Source: a virus
Taxonomy: Duplodnaviria > Caudoviricetes
Length of the DNA: 64,000 bases
Virus record (IMG/VR): IMGVR_UViG_2974597873_000001
Span: 1-64,000 of that record
Strand: one strand, 5' to 3'
The stretch's first letter is position 1. Each line of letters begins with the position of its first letter. Below, one piece after another: positions 1 through 8,676 of this stretch. The position numbers were made by a program, and so were the translations under genes. The notes beneath the pieces were generated by a model, which did no database searches, had not been told where the DNA came from, and saw only the letters and a list, made by a program, of their open reading frames with translations.

Positions 1-277
1 GGCGGGCCCTTTTCAATAGCAATTCATTAAAGGTGGGGGGTCTTTGCATTCGCAATTGTTCCCTTTTCAGGGGCAAATGGCCTCCTATTCAGCATCTATT
101 CACCAATTGGGCGCACTGAATAGAGTAATTCGGGGGCAATGCCCGGTAATCCATATGGGGGCTGAATGGGCCTATTCGGCTACTGCTATTGATGAATAGG
201 GGGATATCCAGGGGTCCACCCTAGTAATGCCATAGGTGGCCATTCGAGGGAGTTGCTTGTGTCCTTAGGGGGAGAGC

Positions 278-306
278 TTGACAGGGCAGTGTGTGACTGA
301 TACGTG
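278..306 (+). promoter_or_regulatory. sigma70/HrdB-type promoter candidate
   Basis: TTGACA-17-TACGTG. Confidence 0.4.
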
Positions 307-662
307 AATCAGTACGTGTAGAGGTATTGACCGGACACGCGTAGCTAGTGTAAGGGGCATTGTACTGAGCAATGTACCAGGGAGAGCATAAGGGACACTC
401 ATGCATGGATGAGTATGTCAATAGTCTGTATGGGTGTATCTCTTCTCTATGTACCAAGGGTTGTAGTGTATTCCCTCCGGGGGGCCCGCGAAATCCCTTG
501 GGACAGACCCTGTCTGACCTGCTGTTCTCCCGCGTATGGGACGTTCACAGACCCCCTGGATAGGCTGGACGTCTAAGGGGGTGTGAGGCTGTGAGAACGC
601 CCTACGGGCTATCTCTGTAGCAGGGTATGTATCACTGTGATGAGGAACACCGTGCCTGGGTC

Positions 663-691
663 TTGACAGGATGGAAGGGTGTTCTTACAAT
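663..691 (+). promoter_or_regulatory. strong sigma70/HrdB-type early promoter
   Basis: TTGACA-17-TACAAT. Confidence 0.75.
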
Positions 692-797
692 CGAAAAACA
701 AATGTAGTACAAAGAATGGTACAGAGAATGTATTGACTGAGAAGAAGAGAGAAGGTAATGAGAAAACTTGGTACAAAAGTCAATACATACTTAGGGC

Positions 798-826
798 TTG
801 ACAAGACTCCCGCACATTGAGAGTGT
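798..826 (+). promoter_or_regulatory. early promoter candidate
   Basis: TTGACA-17-GAGTGT upstream of the GGAGG RBS of ORF 863. Confidence 0.5.
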
Positions 827-862
827 CGGCACTGTCAGCAACACCACGGATCACACGGAGGA

Positions 863-2467
863 ATGATCATGACGCTCACGCAGACGCTTAAGGGACTGGG
901 AATCTCTAAGGCCATGGGCACCATGCTGGAATCGTTCGGCGGTACCCGTACCGTCCGGGGCAACACCAACACCATCGTTGCCCTGATCAAGCGTGGCATG
1001 GTCACCACGGCACAGCAGGGCCCCGACGGTTACGGGAACTACTACACCCGTAAGGGCATCGAGACCACGGACGCTATCCGTGCCTACTACGGTCTCAAGC
1101 CGTTGGGTGAGCACTACGCATGGGTGCGTGAGTTCATGGGTGAGGGTGTGGAGATCATGGGGGACGCTCCGGAGAACTGGACCCCGAATTTCTCCGCCCC
1201 GGGTGCGGCTCACTGTTTCTTCGGATGCAGTGAGACCACGGTGGCGGTGTTCGTCACCACGGAGGGTGTCACGGAGGGTGTGTGCGGTACCCACTTGGGT
1301 CGGGTGGGACTGACCACTCACGACATGCCGCAGGACGTCACCACGGCCGTTCTGACGCCCGTTGACGAGTGCGCCGGTACCTGCCCCGTCGGGACGGGTT
1401 GCGAGCACTGTGACGACGCGTACGGGGACATCCTCATCCCGGGCACTCACGCGCTGGACATGGGACGCGCCGGATACAACCGTTTCGTGGGAATCAAGGA
1501 AAGTGACAATGGTTCGCTTTTCACGTACGGACTGACCACGGCCATTTGCAACATCCCCGGAATGAACGGCACGGGTAAGACCAACATGCCCACCATGTTC
1601 GGGGACATCATCAACATCCGTACGTCCCGTGGCATTGAGAAGTACATGGTGGAGCGTGTCCGCTACGCCGACCCGAAGTTGGTTCTGTTCACCCCGGAGC
1701 ACGCGGAAAACCTTTCCTCCCACACCCTCACCGATTACATGGTGACGGAAGCTGCGGGCACTAAGTACGAGTGCCAGGGATGCGGGAGCATCGGCACGCA
1801 CGCCAACTTCGCTGAGTTCGTCTGTGAGTACGCGGAGCCGGTTGTGTGCACGGCGGACGTGAACACGTGCACCCTCACCGACTGTGAGGCGTGCGGCATG
1901 TGGCGGACGGCCGTGGAATCCGTGTCCACGGAGAATGACGACACGGACGGCGGTTTCATGGAAACCGATGACACCCGCGAAATTCAGGCGTACGTCATCG
2001 AAAAGGCACAGAAGGAATTCATGGTGAATTCCGTTGTGCGCGTCAAGGCCGGTTCGGAATTCCCCGCATGGTCGGGTGTGGTCACCGGTCACGCTTCCCG
2101 ACTGATGAACGGCATTCACACGGGATGCGCCGTGGTTATGGAGCGTGGGGGAAGTGCTCAGACCCTCCCCGTGTCTGCGCTTGAGTTCGACACGCGGGAT
2201 GACATGTCCACCGTGGCCAAGCTCACCACGTCCGCCGGATTCAATTCGGTATCCACGGGGACGACGCATCACACCGTGGACACGGACGGGAAGCGCTGGG
2301 ATTCCTTCGGACACGTCCTCTCCAAGGGGGACATGGTCAAGCTTCCCGGTAAGCGTGGATACGGGAAGGTGTGGTGCACCGTTCCCGGTATCGCGATCGT
2401 CTTTGTGGACATGGGTACGGGGGAAGAGCCGGTGCAGTACGACGCACACAGCCTGACGGCTGTCTGA
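863..2467 (+). CDS. hypothetical multi-domain early protein, Cys-rich patches
   Basis: 534 aa ORF, GGAGG RBS, phage-like codon usage, several CxxC motifs. Confidence 0.8.
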   Translation: MIMTLTQTLKGLGISKAMGTMLESFGGTRTVRGNTNTIVALIKRGMVTTAQQGPDGYGNYYTRKGIETTDAIRAYYGLKPLGEHYAWVREFMGEGVEIMGDAPENWTPNFSAPGAAHCFFGCSETTVAVFVTTEGVTEGVCGTHLGRVGLTTHDMPQDVTTAVLTPVDECAGTCPVGTGCEHCDDAYGDILIPGTHALDMGRAGYNRFVGIKESDNGSLFTYGLTTAICNIPGMNGTGKTNMPTMFGDIINIRTSRGIEKYMVERVRYADPKLVLFTPEHAENLSSHTLTDYMVTEAAGTKYECQGCGSIGTHANFAEFVCEYAEPVVCTADVNTCTLTDCEACGMWRTAVESVSTENDDTDGGFMETDDTREIQAYVIEKAQKEFMVNSVVRVKAGSEFPAWSGVVTGHASRLMNGIHTGCAVVMERGGSAQTLPVSALEFDTRDDMSTVAKLTTSAGFNSVSTGTTHHTVDTDGKRWDSFGHVLSKGDMVKLPGKRGYGKVWCTVPGIAIVFVDMGTGEEPVQYDAHSLTAV

Positions 2468-2680
2468 GGGACCGTGAGGGGTGAGGGTGAGTGATGGGCT
2501 CACCCTCCCTCTACAGGCTACACAGAGACGCGTAGGGCCGATGTTTGTACCAACGATTGTTTACAAGATCAGATAACGGTCATGTAACAGTCTGAGGGTG
2601 TCCGCTTGACAGCACCCTCCCCCGTAGGGAAACGTCGGCCCCGCAACAGCAACCCCTAGACCCCCCGGAGAGTGGTCACC

Positions 2681-3682
2681 ATGGCAATCACTAAGGCAGC
2701 ACGTAAGGGCGGAATGGTCGCGCACATCATGCGAGACGACGTCACGTCGCTTTGTGGCCGTGTCATGGTGGTTATCCCCGGGGGTGAGGGAAAGCGGCTG
2801 TGCAAGTCGTGTGCTCGCATCAACGGAATGGTGGTTACCACGGAAGAGTTTGTTTTCACCGATGCGGAATGGGAATTCATTAAGACCCCCCGTGACGCGT
2901 TTTCCATGTTTATGGTGCGTGACGTCCTGGACGACTACGCAAAGACGGGTGACAATGACCCGCGCCGTATCGCGATCTACAACGCCATTGTGGAACACCA
3001 CACCATGGCTGCTACGGAAATCGTGGTGACCAACGCTCCGGGCGGTAACCGTGGTGGGGACGGAATGGTTAACCGCAATTCCAAGAGTGCCGCTAAGCGT
3101 ACGGGTGCGACGGAGAACCAGCGTGCTGCACTGCTGAGGCAGGGTGCATTCATCGATTCCCTTTTCGCGCAGCTCTTTGAAATCCAGGGTACGGAGAACC
3201 CCAACCCGAATGTCACGGTGGACGGGTACACCACGGAATACTTTGACGGTATGACCCGTGCGACCATTGACAAGGAATTCAAGACCAACTCCGCTCTTAT
3301 CGATCGGCTTAAGCTGGAAATCGGTAAGGCCAAGAGTGAAGCGCGTAAGGTCGAAAGCGTTACCGAAAAGGCGAACGTCATTGAGGATGGCTATTACGTC
3401 TACGGTGACACGTTCGCGTGCGTCAAGTTCAATCGTGCCGGAACGCGTCAGTACGCCACCGTGTGGGACGACGAGTGCAAGTCTTGGGAATACGACTCCC
3501 GGGAATCCGCAAAGGTGAAGAGCGGCATTCTCGCGGGTGACGTCAAGCGCGTGACCCCGGAGGATGCCAAGCGCTTCGGTGACCTTTACGGCACGTGCAT
3601 GAAGTGCTCCCGCACCCTTACCAAGCCCGAAAGCATTGCGGCCGGTATCGGCCCCGTGTGCGCGGGTGGCATGGGCTGGTAG
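2681..3682 (+). CDS. DUF6011-like C-terminal zinc-ribbon protein
   Basis: C-terminal CMKCSRTLTKPESIAAGIGPVC; GGAG RBS before the ATG. Confidence 0.75.
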   Translation: MAITKAARKGGMVAHIMRDDVTSLCGRVMVVIPGGEGKRLCKSCARINGMVVTTEEFVFTDAEWEFIKTPRDAFSMFMVRDVLDDYAKTGDNDPRRIAIYNAIVEHHTMAATEIVVTNAPGGNRGGDGMVNRNSKSAAKRTGATENQRAALLRQGAFIDSLFAQLFEIQGTENPNPNVTVDGYTTEYFDGMTRATIDKEFKTNSALIDRLKLEIGKAKSEARKVESVTEKANVIEDGYYVYGDTFACVKFNRAGTRQYATVWDDECKSWEYDSRESAKVKSGILAGDVKRVTPEDAKRFGDLYGTCMKCSRTLTKPESIAAGIGPVCAGGMGW

Positions 3683-3690
3683 CACGAAAG

Positions 3691-3734
3691 CCCTTAGGGG
3701 CGCCTGTAGCAAGATCAAACGGGCGCCCCTAGGG
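3691..3734 (+). terminator. GC-rich intergenic hairpin (terminator or processing stem)
   Basis: CCCTTAGGGGCGCCTGT...ACGGGCGCCCCTAGGG directly after the stop; no U-tract. Confidence 0.45.
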
Positions 3735-3794
3735 AATCACCCCAACCGGGGTACGTAAGAGCCTCACACAGCCACACAGACAGGATGAGACAGC

Positions 3795-3995
3795 ATGGAT
3801 GAGCGCATCGCACTCGGAGACTTGCCCGGATGGGCACAAGACATGATCGTTGCCACGTCCCCGGGGTTGCTCATGGATGACGACGCGTACGCCGTGCCGA
3901 TCACCCATTGCCCGAACGCGTACACCATTCACGCGCACGGATTCCGCTACACGTGCGTGTGGGCCACCAACCCCGCCAACCGTTACGTCTACTGA
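3795..3995 (+). CDS. hypothetical protein
   Basis: 66 aa ORF with RBS. Confidence 0.65.
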   Translation: MDERIALGDLPGWAQDMIVATSPGLLMDDDAYAVPITHCPNAYTIHAHGFRYTCVWATNPANRYVY

Positions 3996-4010
3996 AAAGG
4001 AATTCAGATC

Positions 4011-4256
4011 ATGATCAAGCGCATGTGGCGTGCCGCTGTCCGCAACATCGGTAAGACGCTCCACCACTCGTACGCGGGTAATAAGTTGATCGGGTGTGCC
4101 TACATGGTCCGTGTGGGCATGAGGCTGGACCGTGAGAGGGACCGGGAGGTTTTCCTCATCCTCACCCCGCATGAGGCTCGTACGCTCGCCGAACAGCTCA
4201 ACACGTACGCGGATAATGTGGACGCGGAGAACATGAGCGCCGGTTTCGTCGCCTGA
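4011..4256 (+). CDS. hypothetical protein
   Basis: 81 aa ORF, AAGGA RBS. Confidence 0.7.
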   Translation: MIKRMWRAAVRNIGKTLHHSYAGNKLIGCAYMVRVGMRLDRERDREVFLILTPHEARTLAEQLNTYADNVDAENMSAGFVA

Positions 4257-4321
4257 TTTCCTGAGTTTTGCATTATCCAGAAATGTATATTTCTGGGTAG
4301 TGTTGAATTCAAGAAATCGGG
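4252..4321 (+). other. UU/UG intergenic hairpin, copy 1 (putative RNase III-type processing stem)
   Basis: lower stem-TT-GCATTATCCAGAAAT gtat ATTTCTGGGTAGTGT-TG-lower stem. Confidence 0.7.
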
Positions 4322-4329
4322 AGGATTTA

Positions 4330-4479
4330 TTGAGTAAATCGGCTGCATTTGTTCTGGCCTTTTGTATGCTCATTTGTGGTTTTGCTGTGGGCACGCATTT
4401 GGGTTGGGAGTCTGGAGTACGTGACGGGAGAACTCTGGAACGTGAGAGGATGGGTATTACCCATGTGGAGGAGAAGTAA
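4330..4479 (+). CDS. small membrane protein (49 aa; not in the ORF track)
   Basis: GGAGGA RBS, TTG start, MSKSAAFVLAFCMLICGFAVG hydrophobic stretch. Confidence 0.6.
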   Translation: MSKSAAFVLAFCMLICGFAVGTHLGWESGVRDGRTLERERMGITHVEEK

Positions 4480-4789
4480 GGGACACGCGGAGCCGTGTGG
4501 TTCTGTACGGTGCCAGGATGCCCCCTGTAAGGCTGCATACGCGCGCACCGTGACCGCGCTGGACGTGGAGACACTGGGAGAGCAAGAGAAAGCGTACGTG
4601 GATGTCCGTATCTTCATGGGCGGTGCGTACACTGACGCTTCCTTGACGCGCTCCGATGTTGATTGCCTCATGGATCACAAGTGGCGCGCGAAATGCAAGA
4701 CATTTCGCATTCCCAAGGGTGACGGTACATGGGTGGTTATCGTGCCGTCCGCTATCGTCATGATCGAAGAACTCAGCGAAGATCACTAA
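4463..4789 (+). CDS. hypothetical protein
   Basis: ATG after GAGAGGA; overlaps the upstream ORF. Confidence 0.65.
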   Translation: MWRRSKGHAEPCGSVRCQDAPCKAAYARTVTALDVETLGEQEKAYVDVRIFMGGAYTDASLTRSDVDCLMDHKWRAKCKTFRIPKGDGTWVVIVPSAIVMIEELSEDH

Positions 4790-4801
4790 GGAGAAACAGT
4801 C

Positions 4802-5218
4802 ATGCCCGGATATAACGAATGTGGTATCTACGATCCTCGCTGCGTAAAGGGGACGTGCAATCATCCCACCAACCCGCGTAACAGCGGTATGCAGTGTCGC
4901 ACCATGCCCGCTCAGCGTCCGTGCCGCACGGGAGGATGTACGCGTCCCGAGTGCTCCCGTGCGCGTCTCAGCGCGTCGGCATTTCAGGCAGGCATGGTGA
5001 CTGACACAACGAGTGGTACAAACATCGGCTCTGTGCCCCCTCAGGTGGACGTCATCAAGTCCCGGGAGGAAGAGCCTACCTACAGCCTTACGGGGCTCAC
5101 ACGCGCCAATCTGCGCACCCTGGAACGGGCACTACGTGCGCGGGAGAGGGACGCAAAGGTGGGAGACGACTACGCGGAACTGCGTACGCTCCGGGACATG
5201 GTGTGTGACCTACTCTAA
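4802..5218 (+). CDS. hypothetical Cys-rich protein
   Basis: 138 aa, AAGGAG RBS. Confidence 0.7.
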   Translation: MPGYNECGIYDPRCVKGTCNHPTNPRNSGMQCRTMPAQRPCRTGGCTRPECSRARLSASAFQAGMVTDTTSGTNIGSVPPQVDVIKSREEEPTYSLTGLTRANLRTLERALRARERDAKVGDDYAELRTLRDMVCDLL

Positions 5219-5229
5219 GCAAGATCATT

Positions 5230-5272
5230 AGTGCCCCTGATCATGGGAAAACTCCAGGTCAGGGGCACTTTT
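5230..5272 (+). terminator. intrinsic terminator
   Basis: AGTGCCCCTGATC...GGTCAGGGGCACT followed by a T-run. Confidence 0.7.
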
Positions 5273-5282
5273 GCGTACGGGC

Positions 5283-5311
5283 TTGACATACCCCCGGGAC
5301 CTGCGTAGTGT
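5283..5311 (+). promoter_or_regulatory. promoter P1 of tandem pair
   Basis: TTGACA-17-TAGTGT. Confidence 0.75.
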
Positions 5312-5394
5312 CCTCCCTGTCAGCACAACCGAGCAACGCCGAAGCGAGACAGCCCTAGGGCCTAAAACGACGCAACGGACGCTCACACGGAGAG

Positions 5395-5423
5395 TTGACA
5401 CCAGCAACACAAGCTAGTAAGTT
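5395..5423 (+). promoter_or_regulatory. promoter P2 of tandem pair
   Basis: TTGACA-17-TAAGTT. Confidence 0.75.
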
Positions 5424-5469
5424 CGACCTCAGCAAGACAGCAACACCGCACAACAGCAAGACCTAGTAT

Positions 5470-5494
5470 CGCTCCTTGATAACTCAACAGTGTG
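5470..5494 (+). promoter_or_regulatory. rrn-leader boxA-like antitermination element
   Basis: CGCTCCTTGATAACTCAACAGTGTG resembles the Streptomyces rrn leader sequence as I recall it (CGTTCCTTGAGAACTCAACAGCGTG). Confidence 0.6.
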
Positions 5495-5504
5495 ACAATG
5501 GCCT

Positions 5505-5971
5505 TTAGCAGGCAGTCATAAAGTCACTGAATTCCAGAAAGTCAGGAAATCATGACGACTGCTGAAATCGCTGGTCTCGTGTGGGAAATCGACACACTCG
5601 CCAACGGTGCCAAGCTGTACACCAACACCACGGACAACATCACGGGTGTTCTGTACTGGGAAAATTCAACCGTGAACTACCACGTAGTCATGGTGGATGA
5701 CGAAACTTCCCCGCGTGAGTTTTACGACAACGCTCCTTACGCATCATGGAGCAAGTCACATCACGCGGACGCTTTGCGTAGCCTCAGTGAGGTTATGGGG
5801 GACGTCGAAGAAGAGTTGAAGGAAGACGCGTTGGATAGCTACTACTCTTCCGGCGCGGACTACGACGACGGAGATTACGGGTATGACTCTTACGACCCGT
5901 ATGACGTGGAATACGACCGTTACTAAAGTCTGAATCCATCGGAATTCAGTGACTCTATGATTGCCTGCTAA
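5505..5971 (+). repeat. 31-bp long-range inverted repeat (5505-5535 / 5941-5971) enclosing one ORF
   Basis: TTAGCAGGCAGTCATAAAGTCACTGAATTCC vs GGAATTCAGTGACTCTATGATTGCCTGCTAA: 29 Watson-Crick pairs, 1 G-U, 1 mismatch. Confidence 0.9.
5552..5926 (+). CDS. acidic protein with D/Y-rich tail
   Basis: 124 aa, AGGA RBS, ends DYDDGDYGYDSYDPYDVEYDRY. Confidence 0.8.
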   Translation: MTTAEIAGLVWEIDTLANGAKLYTNTTDNITGVLYWENSTVNYHVVMVDDETSPREFYDNAPYASWSKSHHADALRSLSEVMGDVEEELKEDALDSYYSSGADYDDGDYGYDSYDPYDVEYDRY

Positions 5972-6125
5972 TTCTCAATTTTGGTCAGCATTCCTCACCG
6001 AATATGCCCCACTCATAATGATTGGTTGTGCAGTAAGTGAGTTCGAATGGTTGACCCTGAATAGTACTAGCTAGGTGAATTACAACCCTATCTAGTGCTA
6101 TCCACGGTCACCCAAACGAAAGGAA

Positions 6126-6644
6126 ATGACCATGTCGGAATTCCACACCCTTTACAAGGGTTCTTTCGGTCACGCAGAGTCGGAGCGTGTGAGTAAGTAC
6201 GTGATGATTTACAAGCGTGCCGGAAAGGTTATTCCGGATGATGTGGCGCAGGCAATCGCGGGTTACTGGCATTCGCCTGCCTCCCCGAACTCCACCCGCC
6301 TCAGCACCATGGGTGAAATCGGTGTCGAGACTGACATTGCAGATTTCTGCAATGACAGGGAGTACAGCAATCTCGTACTCAACACGTCGATTTACGAAAT
6401 CGACGCACTCGGCGCCTACATCGAAAGCAAGAAAGCGCAGTTCCGCCACGAAATCGACTCGCTTGATGTTCAGGTGGGCGATGTTCTGGAAGACTGCCCG
6501 GAAGACGGAAAGGTGACGGCTGCCCGTACCATTTCCGTCGACTATTCCGGTACGCCCGGAGAGGGCCGTAAGGTCCGCTTTGAGAGCGAAGAGGACGACA
6601 TCCTTGCCGCTCCCATGATGCTTACGGTTTACCGGGGTTTCTAA
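6126..6644 (+). CDS. hypothetical protein
   Basis: 172 aa, GAAAGGA RBS. Confidence 0.75.
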   Translation: MTMSEFHTLYKGSFGHAESERVSKYVMIYKRAGKVIPDDVAQAIAGYWHSPASPNSTRLSTMGEIGVETDIADFCNDREYSNLVLNTSIYEIDALGAYIESKKAQFRHEIDSLDVQVGDVLEDCPEDGKVTAARTISVDYSGTPGEGRKVRFESEEDDILAAPMMLTVYRGF

Positions 6645-6700
6645 CGGGATTCGGTCCGGCATTGGGGTTGACATTCCAGTGCCGGACAGTGTCCAATTAG
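6641..6700 (+). other. UU/UG hairpin copy 2 (TTGACA loop)
   Basis: CTAACGGGA-TT-16 bp stem-TG-TCCAATTAG. Confidence 0.7.
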
Positions 6701-6723
6701 GGACAACCAAACGAAAGGACATT

Positions 6724-6945
6724 ATGCGTAATTACTCCGCAATGTGGGATGACTTTTTCGGGGCTGCACTGTGGGTCGGATTTCTCTTCCTGCTTGCCCT
6801 GATCCTTCCCGTGCCCGGGTGGCCCACTCTGTGGTGGCTCACCTATCCTTTCGGGGCGGTGCTGGTCGGTATTGTCTGCCGTAAGCTCGGATGGTACCGT
6901 AACCTCACCATCAAGGGATGGCGCATTCAGCGCGTCAACAAGTAA
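6724..6945 (+). CDS. small membrane protein
   Basis: two hydrophobic segments; GAAAGGA RBS. Confidence 0.7.
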   Translation: MRNYSAMWDDFFGAALWVGFLFLLALILPVPGWPTLWWLTYPFGAVLVGIVCRKLGWYRNLTIKGWRIQRVNK

Positions 6946-6957
6946 CAAGGGGACACC

Positions 6958-7131
6958 ATGGCCAGGGAATTCACGCAAAAGGAAATGGCCCAAATGCTCC
7001 TGCAACTGATCGATGGTTCCGGCGGCATCCTTGTGGATGACGCGGAATACATCGGGCAGGGAATCCACAAGCTGTACTTTGATAGGGACACCCTGCTGAG
7101 GGAAAGCGGACGGATGGAAGAAGAGTTCTAG
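6958..7131 (+). CDS. hypothetical protein (57 aa; not in the ORF track)
   Basis: AAGGGG RBS, MAREFTQKEMAQMLLQ...MEEEF. Confidence 0.6.
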   Translation: MAREFTQKEMAQMLLQLIDGSGGILVDDAEYIGQGIHKLYFDRDTLLRESGRMEEEF

Positions 7132-7182
7132 AGGGATTGCATTGTCCCTACTCACGTAGTAGGGTCAGTGTTGTCCACCTAG
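7128..7182 (+). other. UU/UG hairpin copy 3
   Basis: CTAGAGGGA-TT-14 bp stem-TG-TCCACCTAG. Confidence 0.7.
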
Positions 7183-7216
7183 CACAATGCTAGATGGCTA
7201 CACAGGAGGTAATATC

Positions 7217-7351
7217 ATGTCGGTCAACCTGAACAACGTCGCCGGTATCGTCTGCGGTCGTCGTAAGGATGACTCCCGCTGCGTGCTGTGGGACAACGAC
7301 ACCTTCGAGTGGTTCACGGCGGAAGAGTTCGCCAACAAGTTCGGTAACTGA
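7217..7351 (+). CDS. hypothetical protein (44 aa; not in the ORF track)
   Basis: AGGAGGT RBS, MSVNLNNVAGIVCG... Confidence 0.6.
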   Translation: MSVNLNNVAGIVCGRRKDDSRCVLWDNDTFEWFTAEEFANKFGN

Positions 7352-7373
7352 ACAACAAGAGAGGACACACCCC

Positions 7374-7514
7374 ATGAAGATGCACAAGGGATGGAAGATC
7401 ACGTTCCCGGACAAGAACGAGGAGTATTTCCTCGCTTCCCAGCTTCCCCGCGCGACGCGTACGGCTGCTGTGTCGAACGGGAGCAAGGTGGAGAGGGTCT
7501 TTATCCTCAAGTAG
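7374..7514 (+). CDS. hypothetical protein (46 aa)
   Basis: GAGGA RBS, MKMHKGWKITFPD... Confidence 0.55.
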   Translation: MKMHKGWKITFPDKNEEYFLASQLPRATRTAAVSNGSKVERVFILK

Positions 7515-7569
7515 CCTGATTGCCTGTTAGAGGGGCGTACAGCGTCCCTCTAGCGGGTTGTCCGACTAG
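7511..7569 (+). other. UU/UG hairpin copy 4
   Basis: GTAGCCTGA-TT-17 bp stem-TG-TCCGACTAG. Confidence 0.7.
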
Positions 7570-7797
7570 TTGAAAGGACGTGGGACAGTGCTTATCGGTC
7601 TGATCGCACTTGCCATCGGATACGTGTCCGTCGGTGTGGCCATGTACTCCGGGGATTACAACTACAGGCGACAGCAGTACGGTACCGTACGAGCCACCGT
7701 GAACAGTGTGTGTCTCGTGCTCGCATGGCCGTTCATGCTCCTGTACGCCGCTTACGCGCTGTTCAGGTTCATGACGTCCAAGCGTGGACTGTTCTAG
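7570..7797 (+). CDS. small membrane protein
   Basis: two TM segments, xxLAWP motif; true start may be slightly downstream. Confidence 0.6.
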   Translation: MKGRGTVLIGLIALAIGYVSVGVAMYSGDYNYRRQQYGTVRATVNSVCLVLAWPFMLLYAAYALFRFMTSKRGLF

Positions 7798-7848
7798 ACG
7801 TATTGCATCCATCTAAGACGTGTGCTTAGATGGGTGTTGTTCGCCTAG
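7794..7848 (+). other. UU/UG hairpin copy 5
   Basis: CTAGACGTA-TT-13 bp stem-TG-TTCGCCTAG. Confidence 0.7.
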
Positions 7849-7947
7849 ACGAAAGGAAGTGCGAACGATGCTCATAGGAGCAATCATCATCGGTACGTGT
7901 ACTCTCCTGTACGCGTGTAAGCGTTTCATTGACATGGGAGAGAAGTA

Positions 7948-8307
7948 ATGGCCACGTACAACGGCTGGACGGAACTGCGGGAGTACCGCGTGTGGATGGG
8001 TGAGGAAACGTATTCTGTCGTCACCGTGGAACGTCACCGCAACGGCTGGTACCGCGTCTACGAGGATGGGGGAAGCGACTGGAGCCGTTCCACGCGATCC
8101 GGTACTATCGCGTTCGATGAAGCGTCCAACCGGGCCGAATGGCTACAGGGGGAAGCTGCGGACACGTGCCCCTGTCAGAAGTGGGCGGAAGTTGAGCAAG
8201 TGGACTGTTACAGTCCCGAACTCAATCCGTACAACAGTGCGCACGGTATCCGCCTACAGGTGGTGGACATGATCGAAAACAGGGAACTGGAATTCTACGA
8301 ACTGTAG
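7948..8307 (+). CDS. hypothetical protein
   Basis: 119 aa, GGGAG RBS. Confidence 0.7.
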   Translation: MATYNGWTELREYRVWMGEETYSVVTVERHRNGWYRVYEDGGSDWSRSTRSGTIAFDEASNRAEWLQGEAADTCPCQKWAEVEQVDCYSPELNPYNSAHGIRLQVVDMIENRELEFYEL

Positions 8308-8361
8308 ACAATTTCAGTCATCCTAGGGACTTGACTCCCTAGGGTGGCTGTGATTGACTAC
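8304..8361 (+). other. UU/UG hairpin copy 6 with overlapping TTGACT-17-TTGACT
   Basis: GTAGACAAT-TT-15 bp stem (loop CTTGAC)-TG-ATTGACTAC. Confidence 0.7.
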
Positions 8362-8394
8362 AACAAGTGGTCAACCAAACAAGAGGAACACAGC

Positions 8395-8676
8395 ATGGAA
8401 ATCGGTAACGTCAACGAGCCTGCCGGAGAGTTCTACACTGTGCTCGCGCTGTTCGGTGAACTCCGGGCAGAAAGTCACGTGCTCACATTCGCCCCTGGTG
8501 ACACGGTGGCACTTCTCCGGTACGGTCCGGAAAACGAGCATGACGGGCCCCGTATCGTCTACGGCATCGTGGCTAAGACGTCATACAACCCCACCACGGG
8601 CATTCGGTACAGCGTGATGGACCGGGACGACAGCATGTATCCGAACGTCGGTCCCGATTATCTCGCGAAGATCTAG
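8395..8676 (+). CDS. hypothetical protein
   Basis: ATG after GAGGA. Confidence 0.7.
   Translation: MEIGNVNEPAGEFYTVLALFGELRAESHVLTFAPGDTVALLRYGPENEHDGPRIVYGIVAKTSYNPTTGIRYSVMDRDDSMYPNVGPDYLAKI

Noticed and set aside
221-563. Short ORFs 221-457 (-) and 372-563 (+)
   Set aside because: No RBS, atypical composition, and they overlap promoter and repeat motifs of the non-coding end.
851-2503. 550-aa minus-strand ORF (and similar long antisense ORFs at 2561-3718, 13182-14264, 15937-17088, 40864-42060, 53134-54171)
   Set aside because: These are mirror frames of real genes. GC3-biased codons suppress stops on the opposite strand, and they have no RBS and an H/R/V-rich unnatural composition.
5505-5971. 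IS or MITE terminal inverted repeats
   Set aside because: The enclosed ORF is not a transposase, no target-site duplication is visible, and the G-U-compatible change favours an RNA stem.
5982-6056. tRNA gene (GTTCGAAT present)
   Set aside because: I could not build a cloverleaf with a proper acceptor stem and T-arm. No tRNA was identified anywhere in the window.
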